Source of the DNA: Geosiphon pyriformis uo1
Taxonomy: Eukaryota > Fungi > Glomeromycota
Length of the DNA: 64,000 nucleotides
NCBI GenBank assembly: GCA_016748015.1
Contig: JAAOMT010000129.1
Location: forward strand, 1,097,206 to 1,161,205
Direction: 5' to 3'
Each line of letters begins with the position of its first letter. Within the stretch, counting starts at the first letter, position 1. The translations under genes and the position numbers were made by a program. Positions 13,576 to 27,900 of the stretch are shown here, piece by piece. The notes below the pieces were generated by a model, which saw only the letters and a list, made by a program, of their open reading frames with translations, was not told where the DNA came from and made no database searches.

Positions 13576-15375
13576 AAAAGAATTAATAATTAATTTTAAA
13601 AATAAAATAATTAATAATAATATTAATAATTAATACATATAATTAATTATAACTTAATAATAAATAAAAGTAAAAAGTAAAAATTTTAATTATAATATTA
13701 TTTTTAATATATAATTAAAACTCTAAAATCAATTATATTAAGTAAACTTAAATTAATTAATTAAATATATATATAATTAATATATTTAAAATAATATTAA
13801 TATAATTTAGTCATATATTTATTTTTTTATAAATTAAAAAAAAACATTAGTTTTTATTAAGCTAATTTTTTATTATTATTTTAATTATATAAATTTTTTT
13901 TTTCTATTTTTATGTATATTTATTTATTAAAAACAATTAATTTTAATTATATTAAAAAAAAATTATAAAAATTTTTCTCTTATATACAAAAATTCTTTAA
14001 AGAATAAATTTATTAAAAAGAAGTTTTTTAATTATTTAATATAATAAATTCAAATTTTTTTTGTTTAATTACAAGACTATCTTTAGTTCTAATATTATTA
14101 TTATAAAAAAATCTATCAAAAATTTTGGTCTTAGCAATAATAGCAAACATGTTTTTTTTAAGAAAAGAGAAAAAATAGTGCTTTAAAAGACAGTATTAAT
14201 AACAAAATAATTTTTTGAAGTTTTAAATAGTTGCTCTAAGAACTTTAAAACTAATAACACCATTGAATTAAATAGTATTAACAGGAAAAAAAGTGTTAGG
14301 TAAAAGAGACTAATGTTAATTATAGTAAAAAAATGATTCTAATGAGAAGAAGTTTAACTAAACACTAAAAAATCTATAGATTAAGACCAAAAAAACATTG
14401 AAAACATCTGTAAGAAAAATCAATTTCTTAAATAATAAAGATAATAATATCTTATTAAATGTCCTATTAACTTTTCTCCTTTCTCTCAAAAATCTAGTCA
14501 ATATTTCTGTTAGAAAGTTGTTTGCTCTGAATATTAATTTGAATAATATTGTTAAAAAATTTTTTCAAAATAAGCTCTTAGTAATTAGAAAATTGTTTTT
14601 AAAAATTAATAGTTTTGGAGGAGCATTTATTCCTTCAAAATTTGCTGAAATCATCAAAGTTATGTTTATTTCTGAATTTAGTTTGGTCCAAATAACTAAG
14701 TTAATAAAACCTAAGAATATTATTGTAAATACTAATTTCAAAAATCAACAAAACATTTAGATTAAACTGTAATAATAAAAGAGATTCTAATTAAAATGTT
14801 AGCTAAAACTATGTGTATTGTACTATTCAAATTTGAAAAAATTAAGTCAATTAAAATACAACTAGTAAGTTTGTGACAAAAAACTATGATTAAATTTGGT
14901 TATTTAGATTATACTAATCTAGTTACAACAAAGTGGTCTATCTTAATTAAAAAAAATACAGTATAATAGCCAAGACTAACATAAACAAAAAATTTTGGAA
15001 TGCAAAAAACCAGAATAAAACACTGTTTTACACATTATTAGTAAGAATAAATGTTCATAATATTTGGAATTTTATTGGTTCTGTAAGTAAAAAAACATGT
15101 ATTATGAATTGTTATTTAGTTATATATATCTAAGCTAAATATGTAGTAATTTGGTTTAATTCTGTTGAATTATTAAATGTTGTTATAGAAATCATATTAG
15201 TATTAAAAAATGCCAATTTGCATTAGTCTTATTTGGATTTAGTTAAGTATACAAAATATAAAAATTCAGATTATATATTATTAAACTATATTATAGATAG
15301 AAAATTATCTTTTAATGGTTTAACTTGTAAAAGTTTATCAAAGACAGATAAAAACAGATTGGCAATTATTTATGT

Positions 15376-16181
15376 TATTACAAATAATTATTTGGAGTCT
15401 TAGATTAAATAACAAACCTATAACTTAGTGCTTAATTGCTGATATGAATGTTAATATTTGAAAGTTTTCATTGTCTAAAGGTTTTGGTTAAGTTTTTTAT
15501 ATAATGAATAAAGATTCAAGTATTGTTTTCAGTAGTCTCTTGGAATTACAATTTCATTAATTTTTTTCTTGGCTTGGTGACTGGCAATCTTTTGATAAGT
15601 AATTCTTAGTTTCAAGTGTTTTACTCTCTTGCTTGGGGTTTTTTATTAGACAATTCTTAATGTTAATAATTTAGCACTTAATTCTTAATCATTTAATATA
15701 CAACAATAAAAAAAATAAAGAAATTAAGCCAAGACAATAAGAAGTTAGTATTCTGTCAATAACCATAATCAAGAGTTATTGTTCTAGTGTAATCAAGTAT
15801 TAGATACTATCAACATGAAGTATTGATAGAGAGAAAAATAATTTAGATGGTGAATAATTATTTATTAATATTGATGATTCTAACTAAAATGTTTTTTTTT
15901 CTAATGAAGAGATCTTGATATCGATTTTAACTGGGAATTCTGTCTTTTCTGTTTCTAATACTCTTGTTATATATACATAATTTAAGTTCTATAAGATTGT
16001 TCACATTCCCAAATAATATATTATAATTTTTTAAGCAATACTCACATTGCTAAGCAATATGCCATAATTTCTAACAATGCTCTACATTGCTAAGCAATAT
16101 GTTTATGTATTAACCACTATTTTTCTATTGGTCTATCTGTTTTTTTTACTATTTTTTTGTCTGCTTTTTCTATGAGTAATA
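15376..16181 (-). repeat. 3' LTR of copy A
   Basis: Colinear with 24087-24949, has decayed TGTTAC..GTAACA termini and is preceded on the - strand by the polypurine tract. Confidence 0.92.
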
Positions 16182-17672
16182 TTATCTTTTCTTTTTAATA
16201 TTGAGCTCTGCTGAAATTTTTATTTTGAATTAGGTTTATAACTTTTTTTTCTAATATTGCTTGTTTAACTTTGCTTCTTATCTCTTCAATTTGTGAATTG
16301 TTTATTTTCCTTTACTAGTTAATGATTATTGTTTCCATGTTAGAGTGTAGTAATGTTTCTGAATAGGTTTGAAATATTATATGTAGTCAATAGATTGCTC
16401 TAATATGTAGTGTCAGATTTGTTTTTTTTCTAATAATGTTTTCAATATTCTGTATTATTTCTTGATAGAATATTTTTCTGGTTTTATCGAAATATAACTT
16501 CTAAATATTTAACTTTTGTTTCAACTGATAATAACAGTATGGTATTGGAAGTTGTTCTATTCACTGTTTCTAATTTTTTTGAAAGTTCTTCTGTTAGAAC
16601 TATAATAGCTATTTTTCTAAAAGTGTTCTTTACTTTTTTTACTATTTTATTAAACCAGTTTTTTGGTTAATTCTGTGATCACTAGTATAGTATACTCTTT
16701 TCTTTTTGCTTGGTGTTTTGATAGCAGATTGTTTGGTGGTTGATAATGATTTCTATGTTCAATTGTTGTTAATTTAAGGCTTGAAATAATTGTTGAACTA
16801 AGATGTGGATATAGTTTGGTATTTCTATATTCTTTGGTTCTTTTGTTGCATATACCATGTTCTTATATACTCATTTTAGTCAATCAATTTAACACATTTG
16901 AATCAATGATTATAATTGATTCCAAATCTTATGGAATCTCATCTGGTTAAACTAATATTTGTTGTACTCTTAGTTATAGAATATTACTAATAGATAATAA
17001 TGCTGTATTGTAATATAATTTCAGGTGATCTTTATATGCTGCTTTGGCTAAAATTTTGTTGTTTTATCTTAGTTTGTAAGTTCTATTTCTTAGAATTTTT
17101 TTAATGTAAAATGATCTGTCTCATTTGAAGTTAAATTTTTTACTTTATTGTTTTTCCACTTTGGTACAATATAATAATACTTTGCTTCCAATCTTGAATT
17201 CCACTGGTTTATCTGGTAGCTAGTTATTATGTCTTTTTTTTGTTTTTCTTGTGACTTTTGAATGTTATTAGCTGTTTTTTGTCTTTTGTTTTCTAATGTT
17301 TTCATTAATTTGTACGTTCTTCTTAGTAATGTTCTTTGAAAATTGACTTCTGTTATTGGTTCCATTGAATATATGTTAATATTTATCTTAACTAGTAATG
17401 TTGTTGTTTTACTATAAACTAATTTAAATGGTGTTGTTTGTGTGGTATCTTGCTTTATTGTTTAATAAACAAATAGTATTAATGGAATAACCAAATCCTA
17501 TTCATCCTGGTTTTTTTGACTGATTTTGGCTATTGCTTTACATAATATTCTGTTGAATCTTTCTACTAAACCATTTGTTTATGGATGATATAGTGATAAT
17601 AAGGGTCTTTTGATTTCAATCTTTGGCTTAATTCTAATAATATTTTGTTCACAAAATGAGTTTTTTAATCTG

Positions 17673-18026
17673 NNNNNNNNNNNNNNNNNNNNNNNNNNNN
17701 NNNNNNNNNNNNNNNNNNNNNNNNNNNNNNNNNNNNNNNNNNNNNNNNNNNNNNNNNNNNNNNNNNNNNNNNNNNNNNNNNNNNNNNNNNNNNNNNNNNN
17801 NNNNNNNNNNNNNNNNNNNNNNNNNNNNNNNNNNNNNNNNNNNNNNNNNNNNNNNNNNNNNNNNNNNNNNNNNNNNNNNNNNNNNNNNNNNNNNNNNNNN
17901 NNNNNNNNNNNNNNNNNNNNNNNNNNNNNNNNNNNNNNNNNNNNNNNNNNNNNNNNNNNNNNNNNNNNNNNNNNNNNNNNNNNNNNNNNNNNNNNNNNNN
18001 NNNNNNNNNNNNNNNNNNNNNNNNNN
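17673..18026. other. Assembly gap (354 N) within pol of copy A
   Basis: Run of N bases. Confidence 1.
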
Positions 18027-21000
18027 TTTTTTTTTTTTTTTTTTTTTTTTTTGTAATGTAATGTATATTTAAATGGTGAAAGTTTTATTTTCCATCTAGT
18101 GTAACAGTTATCTCCAAATTGTTGCTTTTGAATTGATGTTTATTCTTTGTGATTAGTGTAGATATCAAATTTCTGGCTTAAGTATTCCTTCTATTTTATA
18201 ATTGCTTAATAGATAACTAAATGTTCTAATGCTGATGTTCTATAGTTTTTTTTAGCTAGACTTAAACTTTGGCTGGCATATACTACTGAGTGTTTTCTTC
18301 TATCTGGTCTTTTCTGAGATAATACTGCTCTCAATGTTTGTCCAGATGCATTAGTAGTAATAATAAATGGTTTGCTATAATCTGGATAGATCAGTACTGG
18401 TGCTTGGATAAGTTTTCTTCTTAGAATGTTAAAAGCTTCTTGCTAGACTTCTGTCTATTTATATTTCACATTTTTAGTTTGGAGCTGGTGGAGTGGTTGA
18501 ACCAGTTTAGAAAAGTTCTAAATAAAGCAGTAGTAATATCCAGCAAATCCCAAAAATGCTCATAGTTCTGTCAAGTTTGTTGGTACTAAAAAGTTTTAAA
18601 TGATCTTAATCTTGTCTAAATTCATCTTAATTCCATCTTTGTTCATGATATGCTCTAAAAATTTCAATTTTGTTTTGCCAAAAAAACACTTAGTTGCATT
18701 CAGTTTTAATTTTGCTCTTTACAATCTCTCAAACACTTGCTAGAAATAATACAAATAATTATTAAATGTTTTTGAGAACACATTGGTGTCATTCAAATAT
18801 ACAACTACTAATTTTCATAAGTCATTGCAAAGTGGCTGGCATATTGGTTAAGCCAAATGGCATTACTTCAAATTCAAAACTCTTTTTTTTGGTTGTAAAA
18901 GCAGTCTTTTTCTTATTTTTTGGCTTTATAGTTACTTGTCAGTAATCACTATCTAGATTCAATATTGAAAATCATTTTTTTTTTCCAAAAGCATCAAATA
19001 ATTTCTGGATTTGTGGCATTAAATAACTGTCTTTATAAATAATACTATTAAGTTTTCTGTAATTTACACAAAAGCAGATTTTTCTATTTTTCTTATAGAT
19101 TAGTACCATTGATAATAACTATGAATTTATTAATAGTTGAATTAACTTATTGTTTAACATCTGGTTGATTTTTTGTTGGATAATTTTATGGCTTACTAGT
19201 GGTACTTTTTATGCTCTTTGCTTAATTATTATTATATCTTCTGTCTTAATCTGGTGCTGAATGATGTTAGTTTGGCCAAATTTGTTTTCATTAACAAAGA
19301 TATTAGTAAAATTGTTAAGTAATATTTTAAGTTGTATTTGTTGGAATGAGTCTAAGTTTTCCAAGTTTATTTATTCTAATTGTTCTAGTTAGAGTAAATA
19401 GCATTTTTCTTATCTGTATATTGTTTGTAATATAATATCTACATATCTACACAATTGTGAAAAATCTGGAATGGTGTTTAGTAGTTGCTCTTTTACTTCA
19501 GTGCTTAAATATCTGATGGTAATTTCTTTTGGTATTTTGATAACATCTCTAGTTATGTTGTGTATAGAAATTTTTATGTACTTTGGGCTTTTGGCTAGTA
19601 TGTAAAGATTAGTGACTTCAATTTTTTCTGATTCACAAATTGTAGTTTCTACTTCAAAAATTTGAGCTTGATCTTTTATTTTTCTTTCTATGGCTAACAT
19701 GTATTGATTATATGGTAAAATAGAAATTAATTGACAGATAAAGATAATTTTTCCTTTGTCAATAACTTCTTTCTCTGCCATATTAATTGGTATATTTATC
19801 CTACTCATGAATTTGAATCCACTTATCTCTCTTGATGTTATTCTTAATTCTTTTTTTTTTCTTATTAATACTAACTAAACTATTTTAACCAGAGGTAGAA
19901 ATATTGCTTGTGCTATTTTTTCATTTGGTTTAATGATATATTCTTTTTCTGAATTATTTTGTAGCATTGCAATAATATTTTCTACATATTTTGCATCAAT
20001 TATTCTTTTTTTGATGTTGATTCCTTTTTTCACTAAATTATTCCTAAATGCTAATTGAACTATTGTTATTGCTGAAATTTCCAGTACTATTTTTAGATTA
20101 ATACATGTGCATGAATATGGTTCTAATTTGATAGCATCTTTTCCAGAATATCTCAAGTTAAATCTTGTATTAGTATTATGTATGCATTCTAACATAATAT
20201 CTTCATCATTATTGCTGAACTATTTTAGTTCTTGCTTTTTAAAAAAATCAGGAAGTGCAATGTATTGTTTTGGATTTGAATCTAAGTATGAATTGTTGTT
20301 ATTGGTATTGCTATTTTGAACTGAGCTAAAATCATTGTTTTCATTATTATTATTGTTGAAGTTTGAATTGGAATTGAATTTCAATTTTGATTCTAATACA
20401 CAGCTGCTAATTGGTTTTTTTCCTTTAAGATTATGTAAATTATGTGGGTTGGTGAATTGTAAATGAAATTACAGTCATTACAATATTAAAAGTCATATGG
20501 AATTAAACAATAATCACATAGTTAGGTGTTTAGTTGTTCTAAATGCTGTTTTTGCTCTTTTTTTGTAAGTGCTAAATTCTGGTAGTGTTTATAAAACTCT
20601 TTTAGATCTGTCTCAATATCCAAAAATACATCTAGATTGGAAATGAGAATAACTTTAACTGGTTTTGGTGGGTTGTTCTTTATTTCCAAGATCTCACTGG
20701 ATGTAGTGTCTGCTATTTTGACATTTGGCATTTGCCAGATTTTGTTTTTATTGTGTAAATAGCTATTTAAATGAGAGATTACTTAATATCATGCTGCATT
20801 AATGAATGTTTTATAACTTACCCAGTTGCTAATAAAGATCATATACTGGCATAAAGTGTTACACATTTTTCCTTAACCCAGAATATTATTTCATATCCCT
20901 TTGTTAAGCAACTGTTCTTCACAAGCAAAACATGATTTATTGTTCCATTTTTCTTGACATTTAGAGTACTTATACTGTTTGCAGTGATATGATTTGCAAT

Positions 21001-24000
21001 AGTAATAGATTTGTATCTAGTAGTCTTTATTTAGTACAATTCAAGCTCTTATGGAAGACAGCTTTTTCTTGTAGTCTATACACTTAAGTAAAATATATGG
21101 TGGTTCTGGTCTGGTGTTGGTCAAATAGGATCTTTTTTAGTTGCTGATAGTATTATAGTTAGTGGTATCTTTTTGTAGTTCATCCTTTTTTTTTCCTTTT
21201 TATTTATTATTTTACAAGAGTATTGATTTCAATTTATTGTGATCAGTGTCAGCACACAAGACTTGGTAAGCTTCTCAGATAGGTTTATTTGTTTCTTCTT
21301 TAAATTTGATTAGTAGTGGCAGTTGGATGGTATTTGTTCTAAAATAGCCACAAGTGGCAAATACTTAAGTTTGGTGGCTATTTTGACTAAGCTGAAGCTT
21401 TTGCATAATTCAGTTAAAAATGGTGTTGGTTTTGGACAGCCAATTATTACCAATAAGTGCTTGGTATTAAGTGGCTTCCATAATAAGAATTTTAATTGGC
21501 ATGATAATACCACTGACTTCAAAGGAGAAGTTGTCAATTTCACCTATTGAAGTTTTTGTTGCTCTATCAGCAGTGATTATTCATACTTTGGCAGTACAAT
21601 CAACTTGGCAATTTAATTAATCTATGAGTTGTTATGTGATGATACTGCCAGCTGATCTACTATTTAAAATTAATTTGATGAGTTGACTATTGATGGTAGC
21701 ATTAGTATATATTGTCATAATAGGTTTTGATTTCAAGGCAGCTCCATTAAATAGTGGTATTTCGACCAGTTCTTTGAGTTCAAAAGAAAAAATAGCATTA
21801 AGTGATTTATTTTCAGTAATAGTTGCTGGGAATATGTTGTTGGTAAGTGATTTTTGGTTGGTTCTCTGATGATTAGATTGGATGTTTTCTGGGGTAACCA
21901 AAAGACTTAAATAGTTTTGGTAATTTGGGTTTTGGACATATCCAGTTTCTGAACTCCACTGGCATAATTTTAATGGTTGGTTTGAGAAGCTTGGGATTGG
22001 CTGGTAAACAATTATTGCTGATTTTCAGTTCTGAGTCAGTCTTGGCCTTTGATTTCTAGGTGTGATTTGAGTTGTAATTTGTGGCAGTATTTGAAATTGT
22101 TAAGATTAATAAATGATTTGTGGCTGCAGTTGATATATTATGGATGCTAGAGTTTAATGTATAGGAAGTGAATATATTTGTTGTGTTATAGATGAATAAT
22201 GAGGTTAGTAGTAATATTGTTTGGTAATTTAATTATTGGTGTAGTTTGGAATTTGAAAGTGGCAATTGGAGTTTTGATATTGATTTCTTGATCATTGATT
22301 ATTACTTCTGATGTGGCAATTTATTTTTAAATGGGCTTGTTTCTTATAGTTGTAGCAGACATGTGTTTTTGAGTACCATAATTAATTTGTTGAAGATGAT
22401 AATAACAATGAAAGCAGTTGCTGCTAAAATCAATTGGTGTTTCCTGAATTGTAACACTGTGACAGCTAATAGATTGCTTGATTGTTAGCTAAGTATTCTT
22501 TTAATTTTTGGTTGATAAAATTACTAAATTGTATTAGCTTAGAATCTAATTCAAATAATCTGTTTATTACTAGATTAATGGCTTAAGCATAATTAGCTTC
22601 CAGCTCAGCTGATTCAAAATTTTAAGCATAGGTGATGGCATTTTAGAGTGTTTGTGGGTGCATTAAACATACCTATTGTAAAAAACTACTGTACAGGCCA
22701 TAAATAAATTGATTCAAGATTTGTGATATCATAAAGTAGTTTGTGTCAATTGCTTGTATTTGGTGCAGGTTTCTATAGAAGCATCCTAGTTAAGTGGTGA
22801 CTGCTTCAGTTTCTTTTTGTTTGATAGTTGTGAAAATATTGGCTAGATAATTGATGCTATTATTTTTACTAAAATATCTCAAAAATTTAACTTTGAATAC
22901 ATTGAAATTTTGGAGTTTCTGGATTAAGCTTTGATATTATAAATTGGTAATATTTTGCAGAAAATATGGGATTGTTTGTAATGCTTTGGTGTTATCCCAT
23001 CCATTGGTTGTAATGATTTTTTCCATATTATTGAGCTATACTTGTATGTTGTCTTTTTTGCCAGTGAATTTCTCAAGTTTGGCAATTAGAGCATAGATTA
23101 TTGGTGCTAATAGTAGTTGTTCTTATGGTTGTGGTTGTTGTTAAAGTTGTTGCTGAACTGGTAGTAATAGCAGTTATGATTGCTGTTTAGCAATTAGTAA
23201 AACTGGTGATGAGTTGATCACAATTACTAGAGGTAAGTGTTGTTAATTAATAATGATAAAGTTTAGATTATTCTGATGTTGTTGGGTTGGAACAATCAAG
23301 GTTTAAATTTCTAGGTTTTCTGGAATTAAATTTTGATAATTAGATTTCTGATTCTCTTTTTCTTTTTCTTCCAATTCCATTATTTCTCAAAGACTAGTGG
23401 TTTTAAAATTTGGTTGGAGTAGTAGTGATTGAAATCCTAATAACATCAATAATTATAATTTGAATTCCTCAAAATAATCACCATAAGTTCCTAATAAATT
23501 AGTTTTTTTTTGGTTGCTTTGAAATATTATTCTTGCTAATAGTGTTCTCATAGTTGATGTGAATATGTCTGCTAATGTTATATTGATGATATTTCCTGGT
23601 GTATAATTATATGATGGATGAATAGAAAAAACTACTCTTGGTTTTTTCCAAGTAAGTAGCTGTATTTTTTTTGGTGTTCTTGTTGGTGTTTGTAATTTTC
23701 CTTTGTTTTTTTCTGTGTAGATAATAGGAAATATTTGTTGAGTGTGATTTTTAATTTTTTTGTTGATTTTAGTGATGATCAAGGTGAAGTTGTAGTTTAA
23801 TAATAAACTGGTATATTGAATTAATCACTGTAAAAATTTTTTTTTGCTGATTCTGTATTTACTAATTCTCCTAAGAAATATTTAATTTTTTTGTTGATGT
23901 AAAAGTTGAAAGCTAATTCTGCTAATAGTTAGTTGTTGATTAATTCCAAATATTGACAGTAGTATTGGAATAAGGATTTGGTGAATCCTAAATAGTTTGT

Positions 24001-24086
24001 TCCTCTTCTTTCAGATTTTGCCACTTTTAAATATTTGTTGTTGGTACTGGTTTTCTGTAAAATTATACTTCACAAGAAGCACCAAA

Positions 24087-24949
24087 TGTTACAAGTAATT
24101 ATTTGAGGTCTCAGATCAAATAACAAACTCATAATTTGGTGCTTAATTATTGATATAGATGTTGATATCTGAAGATTTTTATTGTCTAAAGGTTTTGGTT
24201 AAGTTCTTTATATAATAAACAAAAATTTAAGTATTGTTTTCAGTAGCTTTTTAAAATCACAATTCTATCAATTTTTTTTTCAGCTTGGTGGTTGACAATT
24301 TTTTGATAAGCAATTCTTAGTTTCAAGTATTTTACCCTCTTGCTTAGAGTCTTTTACCAGGCAATTTTTAACATTAGTAATTTAGTGCTTAATTCTTAAT
24401 TAATTAGTATACAACAATAAAAAAAAAAAGAAAATAAAAAAAAAAAGAAAATTAAGTCAAGGCAATAAAAAGTTAGTATTCTGTTAATAGCCATAATCAA
24501 GAGCTATTATTCTAGTATAATCAAGTATCAGATACTATTAACATGAAGTATTAATAGAAAAAAAAGTGATTTAGATAGTAAATAATTATTTATTAATATT
24601 AATAATTCTAACTAAAATGTTTTTCTTTCTAATAAGAAGATCTTAGTATTGATTCTAATTAAGAATTTTGTCTTTTCTGCTTTTAATACTTTTATTATAT
24701 ATACATAATTTAAGTTCTATAAGATCATTCACATTTCTGAGCAATATGCTATAATTTCTCAAACAATGCTCATATTGCTGAACAATGTGTTATAATTTTT
24801 GACATTGTTTTACATTACTAAGCAATATGTCATAATTCTTAACAATACTTCATATTGCTAAGCAATATGTTTACATGTTAGCTACTATTCTTTTATTGGT
24901 CTATCTGTTTTTTTTACTATTTTTTTGTCTGCTTTTTTTATAAGTAATA
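24087..24949 (-). repeat. 5' LTR of copy A
   Basis: Ends in TGTAACA followed by the PBS on the - strand. Holds 4 tandem ~40-bp units containing ATTGCTAAGCAAT-like cores. Confidence 0.92.
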
Positions 24950-27900
24950 ATGTCAAACATTCAACACTTATTGCTTATTCTGTTTTTTTAGTAATATTTT
25001 TTAGGCTAATGTTATTAGTAAATTCTTTTTTTCTTCTCTTTTGTGCAAAATAATTTAATGAATTTTGGTTTCTCTTTAAAGATAAAGTCTATTTCACTTA
25101 TGTTAGATAATTTGAATATTAGATTTGTCACTTTTGAGCACAGTCTTACTAGTTTTATAAAACAAGTTAATAAGTTGGCAAAAAAATTAAACATACTTAG
25201 ATCAATGATTTTTTAGCCTAGCCTTAAATATTAGCTATTAATAATTCTTTTATTACAGAATTAAGAGGTAAATATAGTCATAAATAAAAGTTTGAATATG
25301 ACCACTAGTAGTAAAACTATTACAAAAGCAGCATTTTTGGATCTGTTAATAATTTTTAAGTTAAAATACAATTTAAAAAGTCTTTCAAATAGGTTTTGTA
25401 TTTTTTGACCAAAGTAGACAATAAAAGTTTGTGTTTAAAATTTTATTTATTTTAATAACTGGTTTTGTTTGGAAAATTGCTATGTGCAATATTCAGAGTA
25501 TTAATGTTTTTGCTAAGCAAAAAAATGTTGTTTATTAACATATAGATAATAGATGCTTGGTTTTGATTATTATGAAAACAAAATTGAAATTTAATTATAG
25601 GTCTTGTGTAATAAACAAATTTGATAGAGTATAAGTTTTTATTTCCAGGTTGAAAAAAAAAACTTTTTTAAGTACTGGTATGGCAGTAATTATGAATGTT
25701 TTTTTGGCTTATTATGTGTTTAAAATCAAAAAAATCTCAAACTGCCTGATCTTAGTTCAACTACTTTTCAAAAATAAACTTTTAGTAACAATTTTAGATC
25801 TGTATACATACATAACTGTGATAATATAAGTTAAACAAATGGAAAAAAAAATTTACTTATTGCTAAAACTATAAATTTTAGTTTTTTTGTAATTATAGAG
25901 AAAATTTTAATAAAAATGGTTTTGGAAAAAATTTGAATTATAAATTGTGTTTAAGTTTGAATCTAGTTAATATTCTTAAAGGTTAGTTTTTATTTAAGCT
26001 GTCTATATAGTGCAATTTAAGAAAAGCTACAAAAGTTATTAACTTTTTATTTGTGAGTGAGAATTTTTCAATCTTATTGGCTAAGCAGATAATTAATAAT
26101 GTCTCTAAGTTTTTTAACACAAACTACAAAACTGTTTTGTTTTTTGTTAAACTGAGTGGCTTACTGAATATAAAATTAAGTATTGTTTAAAAACAGATTA
26201 ACAAGAATCATTAAAAATTCAAAATTAAAAATACAAATAATTCTAAGTAAGCTAATTTTAGAAATTACTTATTATTTATGCTTTTTTTGACAAAAAATAA
26301 GTTTGATAATGCCAATAGTAATAATAATTTAAACACAATATAAGTGATTTTATAGAATATAATAATAGATTCAGTAAATAAGATGTTTTTTAAACTTTAG
26401 TACAATGAAATAAAATGTTTTTTTAATAAATAGTTATCAAGGTTTTACAAGTTAGAATTATTGGTTGTTAAGTTTATTAAAGCCTTAAGCATTAAGAATA
26501 AGATAAAATCCGATTGTTTTTTACAAGTCTGGCTTGTTGTTAATTATAATAGGGCTTTGAAAATTCAGAGCTTGGTTTAAAATAGTGCAAGATCAGGCAA
26601 TATTTTTCGTTGCTTATTAAAAATTAAAAAGAGATATTGCAAGTCCAAGTTATATAAATTAAAAGTTACTAAAACTATAGCTATTATGCTACTATTGAGA
26701 GAAAAATAGAAAATTTTTGTTTAAATAAAAGCTGTATAATTAAAAAGGTGCTGAAAAAACTCTTTTACAAAATGGTTTTGAATTACTTAGTAATTGATGA
26801 AAAATTAATCTTGAAATCTGATAAGATCAATACTAAAGTAAATAAAATAATAGAAAACTAAATCAAAAAACAGAGAATTTTGGAATCTGTTTTTGGGATA
26901 TGAACAAATCAATATGCTCTTTTAAAATATGTAAATAATTATATCTTTTCAAATATAATAAATATTATTGATTATAAAAAGATAATTCAAGTAGTAAAAG
27001 AGTTGCCAAACAGGAAAGCTGCTGCTTTGAATAACATATTTAATGAGTTGTAAAAGTATTGTAAAGATAATATTATAAGATATCTATTAAATTTGTTGAA
27101 TTTTTGTTTGTCTTTAAATAAAATTTTTATGTTATAAAAACATGCTTAAGTCTTAATAATACTTAAGTTATATGAATAAAAGAAATATTAATGAACATTT
27201 AACTTATTGCTTTAATCAAATAACAAAAAAAATTTCATTTAAAACTCTTTTTGATAAGATTTTTCTTATTTGCAGCAAATTTGATATGTTTTATAGGAAC
27301 AATTTTTTAGTGTTAAAAAATACTTTAATACAGACTTTGATTTTGGTTATAAGTTTTATAATTAAAAATGTTTTAAAAAAAAATAGAGAATTGTGACTGG
27401 TTTTATAAGACATATACAAAACATATGATTTAATTAGTTAGCATTATTTATACAGCAGCTTGATTAAAATTAAGATATATAAATATTTTATTAAATTCTT
27501 TAAGAATATTTACAATAGAAAAGTTAATCAAATTATAACAGATTTTGGACTTTTAAATAAATATGTAATTTATAATAGACTTGATTAAAAAGAGATTTTT
27601 TTACTATTATTGTAGAGAATTTTTTATGATTTTTTGTTTTGCAAGATTAAAAAGCATGAACAATTGTGTAGTTATAAGATATATTCAAAATATTTTACAA
27701 AGACTGGCAGAGTTAATTTCAAAAGTAGCAAACTTTTTTTCTTACTGTAAGTGTCTTTGTTGATAATACTATTTGAATAAAAAATTGTATAGTACCAACT
27801 CAATGCATTTTGAATATTACAAGTGAGTTTTTTTCTATTAATAAAATTTTAATTAATATTAATAAAACAGTTATTATTCTTATTAATCAAAAAGTAAAAA

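Larger units (their letters stand above)
15376..24949 (-). mobile_element. Ty3/Gypsy LTR retrotransposon copy A (full length, decayed, with dUTPase); 4-bp TSD ATGT
   Basis: LTRs at 24087-24949 and 15376-16181. ATGT flanks both ends (15372-15375, 24950-24953). PBS tggtgcttcttgtg at ~24071-24084; PPT at ~16182-16196. Contains gag, protease (LILNSRSAGSII), dUTPase (19875-20195), RT (YLND ~18790), RNase H and integrase with a GPF motif (~17110). Confidence 0.95.

Noticed and set aside
17610-18072. ORF-track entries of 148 and 138 aa
   Set aside because: They are artefacts of the N gap. The adjacent poly-T lies at the Lys-rich 'HYKK' position of decayed pol, so it is probably not a retroposed tail.
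24730-24875. Palindromic regularly spaced repeats resembling a CRISPR array
   Set aside because: The intervening sequences are also repeated, the array lies inside LTRs of a eukaryotic genome, and there are no cas genes.
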